Source: Diplonema japonicum (taxonomy: Eukaryota; Protista; Euglenozoa: Diplonemea). Taken from it: a DNA stretch of 64,000 nucleotides. The stretch covers positions 124,001 to 188,000 of the forward strand of contig OZ025676.1 of the NCBI GenBank assembly GCA_964019335.1, written 5' to 3'. Position numbers and translations under genes: made by a program. This document shows, piece by piece, positions 23,001 to 31,900 of the stretch. The notes under the pieces are model-generated. The model was given only the letters and a program-made list of their open reading frames with translations, made no database searches and had not been told where the DNA came from. The number at the start of each line of letters is the position of its first letter. Within the stretch, counting starts at the first letter, position 1.

Positions 23001-25809
23001 GGACCTCCGCGTGCAGCTTAATGGGCTCACCGGAGTATGTGAGAATAGCATGGGATACATGGATGGCCTTAGGTTGCTGCACGTAAAAGGTGTTCGTGTC
23101 AATGAAAGGGTTAGTTCCCCCGGTGGCGGTGATGCGGAGGTGACACTGCAGCATAGTGCCGTCCCTCGTGCCGGTACCGACTATGCCATCATCGAAGACT
23201 GGACCTGACACCGCCACGCTGAAGGAGTACTTGCCATTGGAAAGGGGACCTTGCGCTATGTGCGCCGACGATGAGGCTGTGCCGCCATTGATCTTAGATG
23301 TCAGACCTGTGACACGGCTGCTCTGCACCACACCCTCCACAACGTGGTAGCAGTAAGGTGCGTCGACCATCAGGTAGTACTCCGCTGTTGTGTCGACGTT
23401 ACCTAGCACATCGCCGTAGGCAACTGCCACTGTGAGAGACTGTGTAGCGATGTTGTAAGCAGGTGGCTGCTGCGTCACCAACAAGTCCACGCCCACCACA
23501 CGCACCGTCAGCCTTGCTGCGAGAAGTGCCTCAGATCTGAACACTAACGTTGTCATCGGTGTGGCAGCGTCCAGCCGCACAGCCTGGTGCCACACCTGGT
23601 ATGCGTCCGTGGTCACTCTGCACTCGTTGCTTGACGAAGTACCTGCATAGTCAGTTGCAGCGCCCCCTGCAACACCTTCTGGCGTACTCGAACAGGCTCC
23701 TGGGTGGTTCGCATAGCAGTTATACTTCAAGTCACCTTGACCGCCCTGCTTCTCGACTGTAACGACCGTCGTGCTGCGCATCATGTAGTTGTTAGTCGCG
23801 CTCTGCAAGCGCAGCATGCCAGTGGGCGGGCTGGCGCCCTGGGTGCCAGTCTCGTAGGCGTGTATCCTGAAGTACACCACCTGCCCAGACCGCACTGTGA
23901 AGGTGGATGAGGGGCTCGGGCCGCATGAAGAACATATATTGGATTCGCAAGTTGCACACCGCTCGCCCAAACACCCTCCAGGACAGTCATTCTGACAGTT
24001 CGTAGTATCCCTGCCCCACTTTTCGATAACGAGGGCATATGGCCACAGCCTGCGAACGAAAGAACTGGACTGCGTTCCTGGCGGGCAAGTTGTACATTCT
24101 GTTGAACCTCCTTGGCTGTACGTGCCGTAAGGGCATACTTCGCAATTCCACAAAGAATTAGACCCTTTCATGGCCCCCATGGTGCCAGCAGGGCACAGTT
24201 CGCATGACCCCACGCCTGTGTTGTTGCTGTAGGTCCCATTGGGACACAGCTCACAAGAATCAAGACTTGCACCACCCCCTGCAGGCAGCTGCGTACCAGC
24301 TGGACAGGGAAGGCACCCAGAGACATCGGGGCTCCCACTGCCTTCCGTGTAATGCCCAGGACTACACTCTTTGCACGTTTTTTTATCCTCGTACACATAT
24401 CTCCCTGCAGAACATAGCACACAGTCATACGGCACCGAAGCATGGCCCGCCGGACAAGGGAAACACTGCCAATCCCCGTCGGGACTGAATCTGCCAGGCG
24501 GGCAGAGAGGCGGCACGAAGAACGAAGCAAATAACGGCGAACTGAAGAAGTTTCCATGAGAGCCTCCCACAGTACCTCCAAGGAGGAACGACTTGCCACT
24601 TGAGAAGACAGCTGCAGCACCATGCAGCTTCGACGGGGGGTGCGAGGTGAAGGGTGGGATGGTGATTCTGTTCAGCAGCACGTCGTACTCAATGAAGTCG
24701 CTATAGACACCTGAGGACCAGCCCCCTAGGCAGAGCATGCGGTGTGTCACTGCATAGCAGGCGTGCGAGGATCGAGTAGGAATGGGGAAAGCACCTACCA
24801 GCTGGTTGGTTGCAGCTTTGCGATAGCCGCCCGCAGCAGGTAAAACTAACTCCCATGTCATTGTTGTGAGGCTAAGTTTCCAGAAGGCGTTTGTCGGGCG
24901 TATCGAGGCACCATCGACAACGAGGCCTCCGTGCAGCAACATGATGTTTGCTTGCTGGTTCCATGCCTCGTATTGCCCGACTGTGGAGTTGGGAGATGTG
25001 AGGTTGGAGGGCAGCAGCACTGCGGAGTGAAAGGCGGACGCAGTAGGGCGCGTGCCCGACGCCTCTACGACCGACCACGTTAGGTTGTTCAGGTCAAGCA
25101 CCCACAGCTCGTCCCTCAGGCGACCTCCAGGACCGTAGCCACCGTAGATGTACGCGTTTCCATCATAGAAAACGGCCGAATGACCAGCAAGGGCAGGAGC
25201 ACCCCCTGAAGACGTCATTAGCTGAGTCCACGTGCCGTTCATGTACTGCCATAGGTCATCGAGAGGGTTCCCGTGCGTGCCGTAGCCTCCATGTACGAGC
25301 ATGCGGCAGTTCGTGCACTGGGAAGGGTCGGTGTAGGCTGTAGGTAGCGTGTTGTGCAGAGGTGCTCCCCACGCCACGTGGGACTGCCGCGGCTCCGGCA
25401 TGACGTCATCGAAGGTGTCATTGAAAGGCAGCCACCACACCGCGTGCCGCACGTGGTAGCAGTACACAGTGTTGCTCAGATGTGAAGACGTTTGGAGCCC
25501 TCCAGAAGCGCTCCGTCCCCCAAAAGCCACCAGCACCTTCTCACCATCTTGGTATTCTTCTATCTCAACTAAGGTATGCCTTGTAAGGCGCGGCGGCTGC
25601 TCCATAACATTCCGACACGGTACGTACTCCGGGACCCGCCCCTCGCATGACTCGTTCCAGCCGACGAATGCGCTGGTTCCAGGCCACCCCTCCCAGTCGA
25701 ACCGCACTTCCACCCCGCTGACATCTAACAAACTGGTTGGCACAGTCGACACACAAGACACATGTTCCGCAATGCCCACCACCAGCAGCAGCAGCGACAC
25801 CGCCTTCAT
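17038..25809 (-). CDS. Giant secreted multidomain protein (Kelch propeller, Cys-rich ephrin-receptor-like/GCC2-GCC3 repeats, Ig/cadherin-like repeats, C-terminal vWA-like domain)
   Basis: Intronless ~2920-aa ORF from MKAVSLLLLVVGIA (25809). Kelch GG motifs (LAGHSAVFYDGNAYIYGGYG...DELWVLD), many CxxCPxGTY repeats, Ca-binding Ig/cadherin-like motifs (PVAVPD...LNVLDNDLDADGD), and vWA-like EVMVVLDGTGG...MGLAQY...KKVVVLIT. No TM anchor. Confidence 0.88.
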   Translation of the reverse strand: MKAVSLLLLVVGIAEHVSCVSTVPTSLLDVSGVEVRFDWEGWPGTSAFVGWNESCEGRVPEYVPCRNVMEQPPRLTRHTLVEIEEYQDGEKVLVAFGGRSASGGLQTSSHLSNTVYCYHVRHAVWWLPFNDTFDDVMPEPRQSHVAWGAPLHNTLPTAYTDPSQCTNCRMLVHGGYGTHGNPLDDLWQYMNGTWTQLMTSSGGAPALAGHSAVFYDGNAYIYGGYGPGGRLRDELWVLDLNNLTWSVVEASGTRPTASAFHSAVLLPSNLTSPNSTVGQYEAWNQQANIMLLHGGLVVDGASIRPTNAFWKLSLTTMTWELVLPAAGGYRKAATNQLVGAFPIPTRSSHACYAVTHRMLCLGGWSSGVYSDFIEYDVLLNRITIPPFTSHPPSKLHGAAAVFSSGKSFLLGGTVGGSHGNFFSSPLFASFFVPPLCPPGRFSPDGDWQCFPCPAGHASVPYDCVLCSAGRYVYEDKKTCKECSPGHYTEGSGSPDVSGCLPCPAGTQLPAGGGASLDSCELCPNGTYSNNTGVGSCELCPAGTMGAMKGSNSLWNCEVCPYGTYSQGGSTECTTCPPGTQSSSFVRRLWPYALVIEKWGRDTTNCQNDCPGGCLGERCATCESNICSSCGPSPSSTFTVRSGQVVYFRIHAYETGTQGASPPTGMLRLQSATNNYMMRSTTVVTVEKQGGQGDLKYNCYANHPGACSSTPEGVAGGAATDYAGTSSSNECRVTTDAYQVWHQAVRLDAATPMTTLVFRSEALLAARLTVRVVGVDLLVTQQPPAYNIATQSLTVAVAYGDVLGNVDTTAEYYLMVDAPYCYHVVEGVVQSSRVTGLTSKINGGTASSSAHIAQGPLSNGKYSFSVAVSGPVFDDGIVGTGTRDGTMLQCHLRITATGGTNPFIDTNTFYVQQPKAIHVSHAILTYSGEPIKLHAEVHDADGLVVKADSLTHIVVRVTHTIPMPVNGTYIGNSTLEPIVDVLNDVVTEGQKTFYARLTSPSNALLRVEASQEYANIYVEHNDTVMIEARSAVATRLGIADHLVDPTVDPWPEYTMANKTFVVGVRAEDADGNLDYTADYLIGANITGCVATSVYLEEVNGTGLGGVMRLVLGRGSVSLRLVGENSDGCRLFFYHVPSSTDPASLSSGERIIAPLQTPVVRIRNPHHLELSWDVASCVLGTCSTCKVGVRTEYTPVVTLKTSDGTTMTWAEDVYVNMTTTGTPDEVAMLPAARFDSALALLVNGQATFKFMPLLDLNYTFTLSFQVGELKTNIERNLTYVLTGKGFGSFVTFEHEVDSYPAVVPWPYVDIYTACSLTTSVLAVELVVTTDAMRWMGSGNKHTITVEGRDSYGNRDVDLTGTMTAVVINCEGGLYTHPVFYWAKDASTKLDITNAAATIPVVKGLATMDIYGILPASHWEYTPEKISRGAKGCTLKVTMNPTPTGYSTLEGFWEPFELVQLTRVCTACPLGSWSPGGAGDTTNTEFAGGCTPCMAGTYSTKDKASSQDDCEVCPTGWGFTTALASEWDAADYKPLHEGLVTCKLCPAGSASSGATGGGSCTAVATSAVDTNPSGGSIGRRCTAGMCSGCVAGKYALTCATYTDATTCSSAETQGLCVWNSRCLFVNAVHEPTTCVDCPAGTVQAYPNNALGISSCEPCAQGSYSENTGKTEMVSGGRDPRACFDSAVVQACIGAGTGQCPDGTYGSKQGMTSAGDCKQCPAGTWSAKQYLQILRQIDPICRSADNPGSGYPLPQGTCTVQTGGCTTCLRGTTGLCQPCLPDFSGACTSTVVEKIGMDRCFLCPPGTYSLVVGATSSSTCITCPSGFFCPIGSSSPVPADVDASRIDTALKAMTAGGVINNEQRVALAKYPNAVLGVIPTQAYAFEGSSEPVYCDLLSGVPASHDSEGWVSDGHFSHYMWKEDYPNLFGPTASVGFTDFWGVTTGQVPGVRVRTDVDHTNPTQYYSDLCTASGGFVSTANYEANSGAYYCCASECAVGSGGPGCGTTAACSSALHSKCCYDGIKASQRVCGVISQAPCFIPGPRGALSGITTQSGSLEVNATYDRFVRTIPVGIENNLPIYVRLWGQNHMVITDYELTGSGVLNVTYGARWHLYRTAEEAANGSSTHTVATTLPVYGSPGAGVWVMADEVIQPPWGGPLHSIGIELFVEGGYEGYVLFDDVGVKIDPAFACNCSLGFFFNRTRVGLEGYTTPCQRCPPGYACYAGVLKMCPSGGYTQGGAYKCLDCPQGWLCNYDGRGTSTPCPAKTYEHEDESISRCLTCPLGYSCLDGKRIACNTGSYGDGSDHCILCSPGYYSNVSTAVIECDRCPPGHESNHMRTHCTECVMNSYSWNGTRCASCPLHQFTATTGSASCSDCLKVAAFPPRWQEVTRNKIFITLQVLPLKCIPGLEWRVLRYRHIGVALGHVVWANPPQVSTLSASYYLLDNAMGSDQMEFVVSAGVGGVEQTVLVTVEITNLLPVASPDKVTVRHPVGGASVVELTTLLENDHDPNNDELFIASYTWVDTSSTNGRHSITSVQIDHTRKKLIVTLPDGFKGPMYQLKYNVVDGPVGCVAPACHVSPYVVVNITAKDVPPVAVPDHFSVRPSETKLLNVLDNDLDADGDVLRLTTATKAAAFNNIETVPRIFELCAVCSTSCLSDIADLAPDLSMCLCDMDAATLECRPLVRNGTKWFFMPRFYIRYTAPPGFCGNDTFDYSIVANEDASGTTSVSVSVTQCICGGVTGGLEVMVVLDGTGGGTGWADLIGFAVGLTHRFDFSQGLVSMGLAQYAGYGGTAGVTLHRAMGTTSIETELLLTEQMGNSGLGSVTDDCPDPPCTEAAPILNALPGYFSASAKKVVVLITRHPFADPTLSTLFGTLTGHTLNVLTIDPSPPQYPNVAFDFHRHYASAALLAADQVLPAQLTDDICS

Positions 25810-25871
25810 TCTGTAGTGGGTGTTGAAGAAGAATACGATAATTGAAAATGAGAGATAACTTTTCACTTCAA

Positions 25872-26984
25872 CTAATTCTTACTGGGTTTTTCTCGTCCCT
25901 CGATGTAATCTTTGAACGGGGCCTTGATGCTGTCTTTCGGCAGGCAGACGTGGAGGACGAGGAACATCAGGGAGCACAGCATGAAAAGCTGTTTCGCTTC
26001 ACGGAGGCCGCGCTCGCTCTGTGTCAATGGGCGGTCGCCGGCGATGGCGCTGGCCTTGCGTTCAGCTCTTGCGTCCTTGCGGCGTTTGGCGGCACGGGTG
26101 CTTGTTTTGAACTCATACGCCATGCGGCGCATTGTTTCCCTCTCTTCCCTGAGGTGCGGGTTCAGCTTGAACAGAATCTCCTCTTCATCGTCATGGGCTA
26201 TCTCCTCGTCAGTTCGGTATGACTTTCGTTTCGATTTAACTGTGTGCACGGTCTCGGACTGGGTGCACTCTGCGGCAGTGCTGCTCTTAGTAGGCCCTCC
26301 TTCCTTGATGATCTTCTTGACAAGGTCGTAAGCTGTGTTAAGTTCCGCCATTTTCTTAACGTCACCCCCTGCAGCGTCAGGGTGGTATTTTCTCGCCAGT
26401 TTCTTATAGTTGTCGCCTGCATGCTTTGCCGAAGCGTGGGGTGGGAGCGCTAAGATTTTATACGGATCGGGGATTTTTGTAACAATCGTCTCGGTGTGCT
26501 CGGTTTCTTCATCGTCTTTTTTCTTTTGATCTTCTATTTTCCGATGGCCGCCGGTTACCTTGAAGCCGGAAACTTTCCGATGGCCGTCCTCCCAACGGGT
26601 GTGTTTCTCGCTGCGGGCCTCGCGAAATTTCCGCTGATCGTACTCTTTTTTAACAGAAGCTTCGGAGCCCTTCTGCGAGTGTCTGTATGTTTTCTCGCCT
26701 TTGGACATGGTTCGGTTTTTTGTGAACTGATACGCGGCGTATTCCGTGAAGTCCACAGCACCGTGGTCATCGACAAAGTCCTGCAACGTTAGGTTTTTCT
26801 TCCGCCGTTGAAACTCTTCTTCACTGAGCCCAGCGCCCATCTGCTTCGCTTCCCAGTCCGAAATGTGGTCTTTGAACACAGTTTCCTTCGAACTCCGTTC
26901 TTTTTTCAACCTTGCAGCCTGCTCCTTGCCACCTTCCTCTGTCACCCGCCTCAACTGGCTTCGCAGTGTTCTTGAGAAAGCCAT
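25872..26984 (-). CDS. J-domain protein with C-terminal membrane anchor, probably mitochondrial
   Basis: Start MAFSRTLRSQLRR resembles a mitochondrial presequence. Internal J domain DPYKILAL...YKKLARKYHPD...MAELNTAYDLV, and hydrophobic LFMLCSLMFLVLHVCL near the C-terminus. Confidence 0.85.
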   Translation of the reverse strand: MAFSRTLRSQLRRVTEEGGKEQAARLKKERSSKETVFKDHISDWEAKQMGAGLSEEEFQRRKKNLTLQDFVDDHGAVDFTEYAAYQFTKNRTMSKGEKTYRHSQKGSEASVKKEYDQRKFREARSEKHTRWEDGHRKVSGFKVTGGHRKIEDQKKKDDEETEHTETIVTKIPDPYKILALPPHASAKHAGDNYKKLARKYHPDAAGGDVKKMAELNTAYDLVKKIIKEGGPTKSSTAAECTQSETVHTVKSKRKSYRTDEEIAHDDEEEILFKLNPHLREERETMRRMAYEFKTSTRAAKRRKDARAERKASAIAGDRPLTQSERGLREAKQLFMLCSLMFLVLHVCLPKDSIKAPFKDYIEGREKPSKN

Positions 26985-27566
26985 TTTCTTCTCATTTGAG
27001 GGAAATTCCTGATTCAAAAAAAAAAATTTAAAAGAGGAATATAAAGAAGAAGAAAAAAAAACCCCCCCAATACGGCAGGAAAACTAACAGCTCCTTTTTC
27101 CTTTTTCTTTTCGTAATTCGGAATTATAAAAAAAAAGAAGTGAGGGGGGGTATAAAAAACAAAAAAGGGAGGGGGGGGAATGGAACAAGATCAGTCTTCC
27201 TTCTTTTTCTTTTTTTTTTGTTTTCCTCCCTCCTTTTTCCTATTCTTCTTCTCTCGCATTCTCCTTAAAAAGGGGGACCAGTAGATGACGCAGGGCGCAC
27301 GGTGGGATTCTTTTTACCTCCCTTCCTTTTGCCTTGTATCTCAACCCCCCTCCCCCCGGGTGAATTTTCATGACAGAAAAAAAAATAGGAGGGGGAGGGG
27401 AGAAAAATAAATAAAAAAGAAGCTTTCTCATTTCATTTCCTTTTTCCCCCACCCTTCTGACTTGACTGCTTTCTATCAATTAGTGAAATAGTCTTTCATG
27501 TCTGAAGGGGGGGGAAAGGGGAGAGGAGGGGGTAAAAAAAAGGGGGGGGGGGGCGAAATAATTTTT

Positions 27567-28769
27567 TCAGTAAACATCCTTGTGGAATCTGTGCGATTTC
27601 TCAAGATCCTTCAGGTGCGTGGCGGCTTGGTCTTGGGTCATTCCACCATACTTGCAAAACACTCCGATTAAGGCCTTCTCCACGCCTGGAGCCATTGCCT
27701 TGGCGTCACCGCAGATGAAGATTTGGGATTTCTTGTTGGCGATCCAGTCCCATATTTCCTTGCCCTGCTCTGTGATTCGGTCTTGCACGTACGTCTTTTT
27801 GGAATTTGGGTCTCTTGAGAAAGCAGTTGACATTTTGAGAAGACCTTTTTCCTTCAAAGCTTCCCACTCAGATTTGTAGAGATAGTCCGCTGGCTTCTGA
27901 TCCCCGAAAAAAACCCAGTTCTCAGCACCTGCTTTCATTCTCTTCGGGTCTTGCATGAATGCGCGGAATGGTGCGATTCCTGTACCAGGACCGATCATAA
28001 TCGCAGGGATGTTGGTCGTTGGTGGGCGGAATTTGGGAGCTTTTTGAATGAAGACAGGGGTCATTGCCGCGCCCAACGGAAGGTGGTGGAGGAAGTGCGT
28101 TGCCGTACCGTTTCTTTCAATACCGTGCGTGGTGTAGTCAACCTTTGCCACTGTGAGGTCAACAGTCTCCCCGGCCATCGCTTGACTGGAGGAGATACTG
28201 TAAAGCCTTGGCTGTAAAGGCTTCAACGCTTTGATGATATCCGCAGAAGGCACATCCTTCAGGTACTTCCCTGCAAAGTCGTACAGTTCCATGCTCTGAA
28301 GATGCTCGAGGTATTTTTTGCTATCCTTCTTCATCTCCTTCAACTCGCTGACCTTCGATAGCTTCGCCAAGGCTGGAGGGATATTGCGGATGTCCAAGTA
28401 CTGTGCCAGCAGCATTGCTGCTGGCATGTCAGCTCCTTTCTTTATTCTCTTATGGCCTACAGGGCTTGCCTTGTCGAGGTTTAATGCTTTTAGGGTCTTC
28501 TCTACCAAATCGGTGCCCTGAAGAGGCATCACGCCCAGAGAGTCTCCTGCCTCGTATTTCGTTCCTTTATTCAGCAAAAAAGTGTAGTGTGCAGTCGTCT
28601 TGTTGCTCCCCGCCTCGTTCAGTTTCCTCCTCGTCACCAACGGGGCAAGGAGCGGCTTTGTCCTGCTGGCCGCCGCGCCATCGTTCACGCTAACGTATTC
28701 ACTCGGCGTGTGGCTGTACGCGATGCCCTTCAGGAAGGCCTCCGATGCCGAGGCGGGGACTGCTGCCAT
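27567..28769 (-). CDS. FAD/NADPH oxidoreductase, CysJ (sulfite reductase flavoprotein)/CPR-like FNR module without flavodoxin domain
   Basis: YEAGDSLGV, LQPRLYSISSS, MIGPGTGIAPFRAF, FFGDQ...DYLY, TAFSRD...YVQDRI, ICGDAKAMA and terminal KDVY. 400 aa, with no FMN-binding domain. Confidence 0.88.
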   Translation of the reverse strand: MAAVPASASEAFLKGIAYSHTPSEYVSVNDGAAASRTKPLLAPLVTRRKLNEAGSNKTTAHYTFLLNKGTKYEAGDSLGVMPLQGTDLVEKTLKALNLDKASPVGHKRIKKGADMPAAMLLAQYLDIRNIPPALAKLSKVSELKEMKKDSKKYLEHLQSMELYDFAGKYLKDVPSADIIKALKPLQPRLYSISSSQAMAGETVDLTVAKVDYTTHGIERNGTATHFLHHLPLGAAMTPVFIQKAPKFRPPTTNIPAIMIGPGTGIAPFRAFMQDPKRMKAGAENWVFFGDQKPADYLYKSEWEALKEKGLLKMSTAFSRDPNSKKTYVQDRITEQGKEIWDWIANKKSQIFICGDAKAMAPGVEKALIGVFCKYGGMTQDQAATHLKDLEKSHRFHKDVY

Positions 28770-28948
28770 GTTGTGTTATGCTTTTTTTTTATATTCTTCT
28801 TAACAATAGGCCTGAGGGGTGTTTCGAGAGGGGGGGTGAAAAGACACAAATAATAAAACAAATAAAATTACAACCTTTAAAAAAAAACGGGTTTTTTATA
28901 CACACAGTTTAAACAATCTAGGCAAGGGCAGGGGGCGGGGGGACATTA

Positions 28949-31900
28949 CTATTGATGTGGCATCGCAAGATGCTTCGCGGCCCATGGTCTTTTGCTCAGC
29001 GTGGAAGGGGTGTGAAGGAGCTGCTCGGCGGTCTTGCGGGACAGCCGTTGGGTACTGGCCGTGGGGTTCGAGTGGGTGGTGTGCGATTGCCACTTGAAGA
29101 ACTCCTTTGCCTCTAAAGAGGAGCGCATGAAGGAGGAATCGGACATGCCGCTCAGGTTGGCGGGGGACGCGGTCTCGGGGATCACCTTTTCGGACTGTCG
29201 TTTGAGAATGGAACGCACAGCGGCCACCCTCTTTGCGTCGTCTGACTGCAGAATGGCAGCAAGCTTCTCATCGGTTTTGGGATATTTCTTGTTCTGATTT
29301 TCGATTCGCTTGGCTGCTGCTTCGTCATCCAACCGCTCCAGCTCTGTCTCTATCATCGAAAGCTCATTCTTGGCACGCTGTTCGCGCTCGCATTCGAACT
29401 GCAGCTTTTTGTCGCTCTCCGACCTTTGCTGCTGCAGCTGCACGATCTGCGCTTCCAGCATGCTCCTGATCTGCTGTTGTTCTTCTAGCTGCTCTGAGTA
29501 CTTTGCCGCCTCTTCCTTCCTGATGCCTGCTATGACATCGTCTCCCAGCGAGCTGCACACTTCCATCTGTGCATAGCGCTCCCTTTCCACTTTCACGTCC
29601 TTCAGCTGCGATCCCAACCTCTCGATTTCCTCACGCATGGACTCCTTCCGTATTCTCTCTGCAGCCAGCATCCTGTCCTTTTCAGCCTTCCACTCCAACA
29701 TTGCTACGTTCATCTCTTCCATTTCCTTTTCTTTTTCCCCTTCGCTGTCCAACTCTGTCTCCTCTGCCCTCTCGTGTTGAACTGCGGCTCTGCTTTCCAT
29801 GCTGTTCTTGAGGAGCAGTTCCAAGACCCTCACCTGCTTGCGCTGCTCATCCAGCATCTGATTCCCCATCTCCAGCTCTTTCAGCATTGTACATTTCTCA
29901 TCAATCCATTCGTCTTCCGCATGGGTATCGGGGACAGGCGGCTGCAGCTGTTGCAGGTGCTGCATCGCGATAGAGACCTGCTGCTGATTGGAGGCAGTCA
30001 CTATCCATGACCCGTCTTCATTGCGGGAGACAGCCGGAAATGGGAGCTCGGGCTCCTCGAGTGGCTCTGTTTGAATCTCAGCATGGCTGGGCGTTTGAGT
30101 GTGAGCCACTGCAATGGGGATCTCCTCTCTGTTCCTCGGCGATGACCTTGGAGATGTGGCTGACAACTGTGTGCCTCGCTTCTCTGGTGGCGTGACTGGA
30201 TCCTGTGGGCCTTGTGGCTGAGTTCCCTGCCTCGGTGAGACCAAGGCCGGTAAAGGTGGCGACGCAGGTCCAGCATGCCTTGTCGCTCCGTGTCCAGGAG
30301 GCATGATAGGTGTTCTAGTTCGTGCAGGACTGCAAGCCTCATCGGTCGCCCTCATCATCCTCTCGGGACTCATGGGTCTTAGCGGGGGCTGGTCCTTTAC
30401 CGACTCTGCAGAAGCCTTCTTGTACTGCTCGACTGTCGCTTCAATGGTAGCCCTTCTGCGCCTCCTGTTCGTTCTTGCCTTGTTATACATGCTCGTAGGG
30501 ATAGGGGGTGCCTCCTGCTGGGCAACTGTTGTACAGAATGGGTTGTCAACCTCCACACTTCTCAACAACTCCACCGTCTTTCGGGCAGCAGGAGGTACAC
30601 CTGAGGGGGTTTCGGGAACTGCCAAACTCAACACAGCAGCCAGTTGCTCCTCGAGTTGCTCCCTCGGTGGGGACGCGGGCCTTGGCGTTTTCCAAATAAA
30701 AGGTACCGTGTCCTCGTGCGGCATTCGCGTTAAAGGCAGAGGGCTCCCTCCGACTACCCATTCTGCAAGCCTCCCTGATTTCTTAGGTGTCGCCAGGTCA
30801 GGGTTCGCTATCACGCCGGGTATCCATTCTTCTGCAAGCCCAACATCAAGGGGCATCTCAGAGGTGTACATCGCATTTTCAAGTTCCTTTTCATGGGACA
30901 GGGGCTCAAGAAACGTTTCGGCTGCAGCTTCAGAATGCTGCCCTGGAAACTCTGAACTTACCATAGGAGCCGGAGGTGGCGGATGAACAGGCGCTTCTTC
31001 AGGCCCAAGTGTCAGTGGCACCCCAGGTGCTGCGGGTGCTGGAGGATGTCCAGGAGTCTCTTGTGCTTTTGGTGCAATGGGTGCTCCAGGTGGAACTCCA
31101 GAAACCACAGGTGCCTCTGGCGCACCAAGTGCAGGCGGTGTTGGGGAAGCCACAGGGTGTGCAGGAAGTCCCGCAGAAGGCGCAGCAGGTTCTTTCGGTG
31201 CCGCAGGGACAGGGGGTGCCGTTGTGGTAGAAGGAACAGCAGATGCAATCAGTCCCCCAGAGGGAGCTGGGTGTGCGCCTGGAGGCGCAGGAGCAGGTAA
31301 TTTCGGTGCCCCAGGGGGAGCGGGGGGAGCTGCAGGAGGAACTACTGCTTTCGGAGAAGCAGGGGGAGCTGCAGGTGCTTTCGGTGCAAAGGGGGCAGGG
31401 GGCGCCACAGAGGGAGCAGGAGCTGCAGAAGGCGCAAGTTCATCCGGTGCCCCTGTGAGAGCAAGAGGTGCTGCAGGAGGTGCTTTCGGTGCCGCAGGAG
31501 GAGCTGCAGGAGGTACCACTTTCGGAGCAGGGGGAGCTGCAGGAGGAACTACTGCTTTCGGAGCAGCAGGGGGAGCTGCAGGTGCTTTCGGTGCAAAGGG
31601 GGCAGGGGGTGCCGCTGGGGGCGCCACAGTGAGAGCAGGAGCTGCAGAAGGCGCAAGTTCATCCGGTGCCCCTGTGAGAGCAGGATGTGCTGCAGGAGGT
31701 GCTTTCGGTGCCGCAGGGGGAGCTACAGGAGGTGTCGCGTTTGGTGCTCCAGGGGGAGCTGCAGGAGGTGCCACCTTCGGAGCAGGGGGAGGGGATGCTT
31801 TCGGTGACGCAGGAGGCGGTATCGCAGGTGCCTTTGCTGCAGGAGTCACAGAGGGAGGCACTATAGAAGGAGCAGGGGGTGCCGCAGAAGGTGCCTTTGG

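Noticed and set aside
25811-25882. Possible intron (GTAAGA...TACAG) fusing the J-domain gene to the giant protein
   Set aside because: Splicing gives AAA-TGA, an immediate stop, so there is no fusion. The giant ORF has its own signal peptide.
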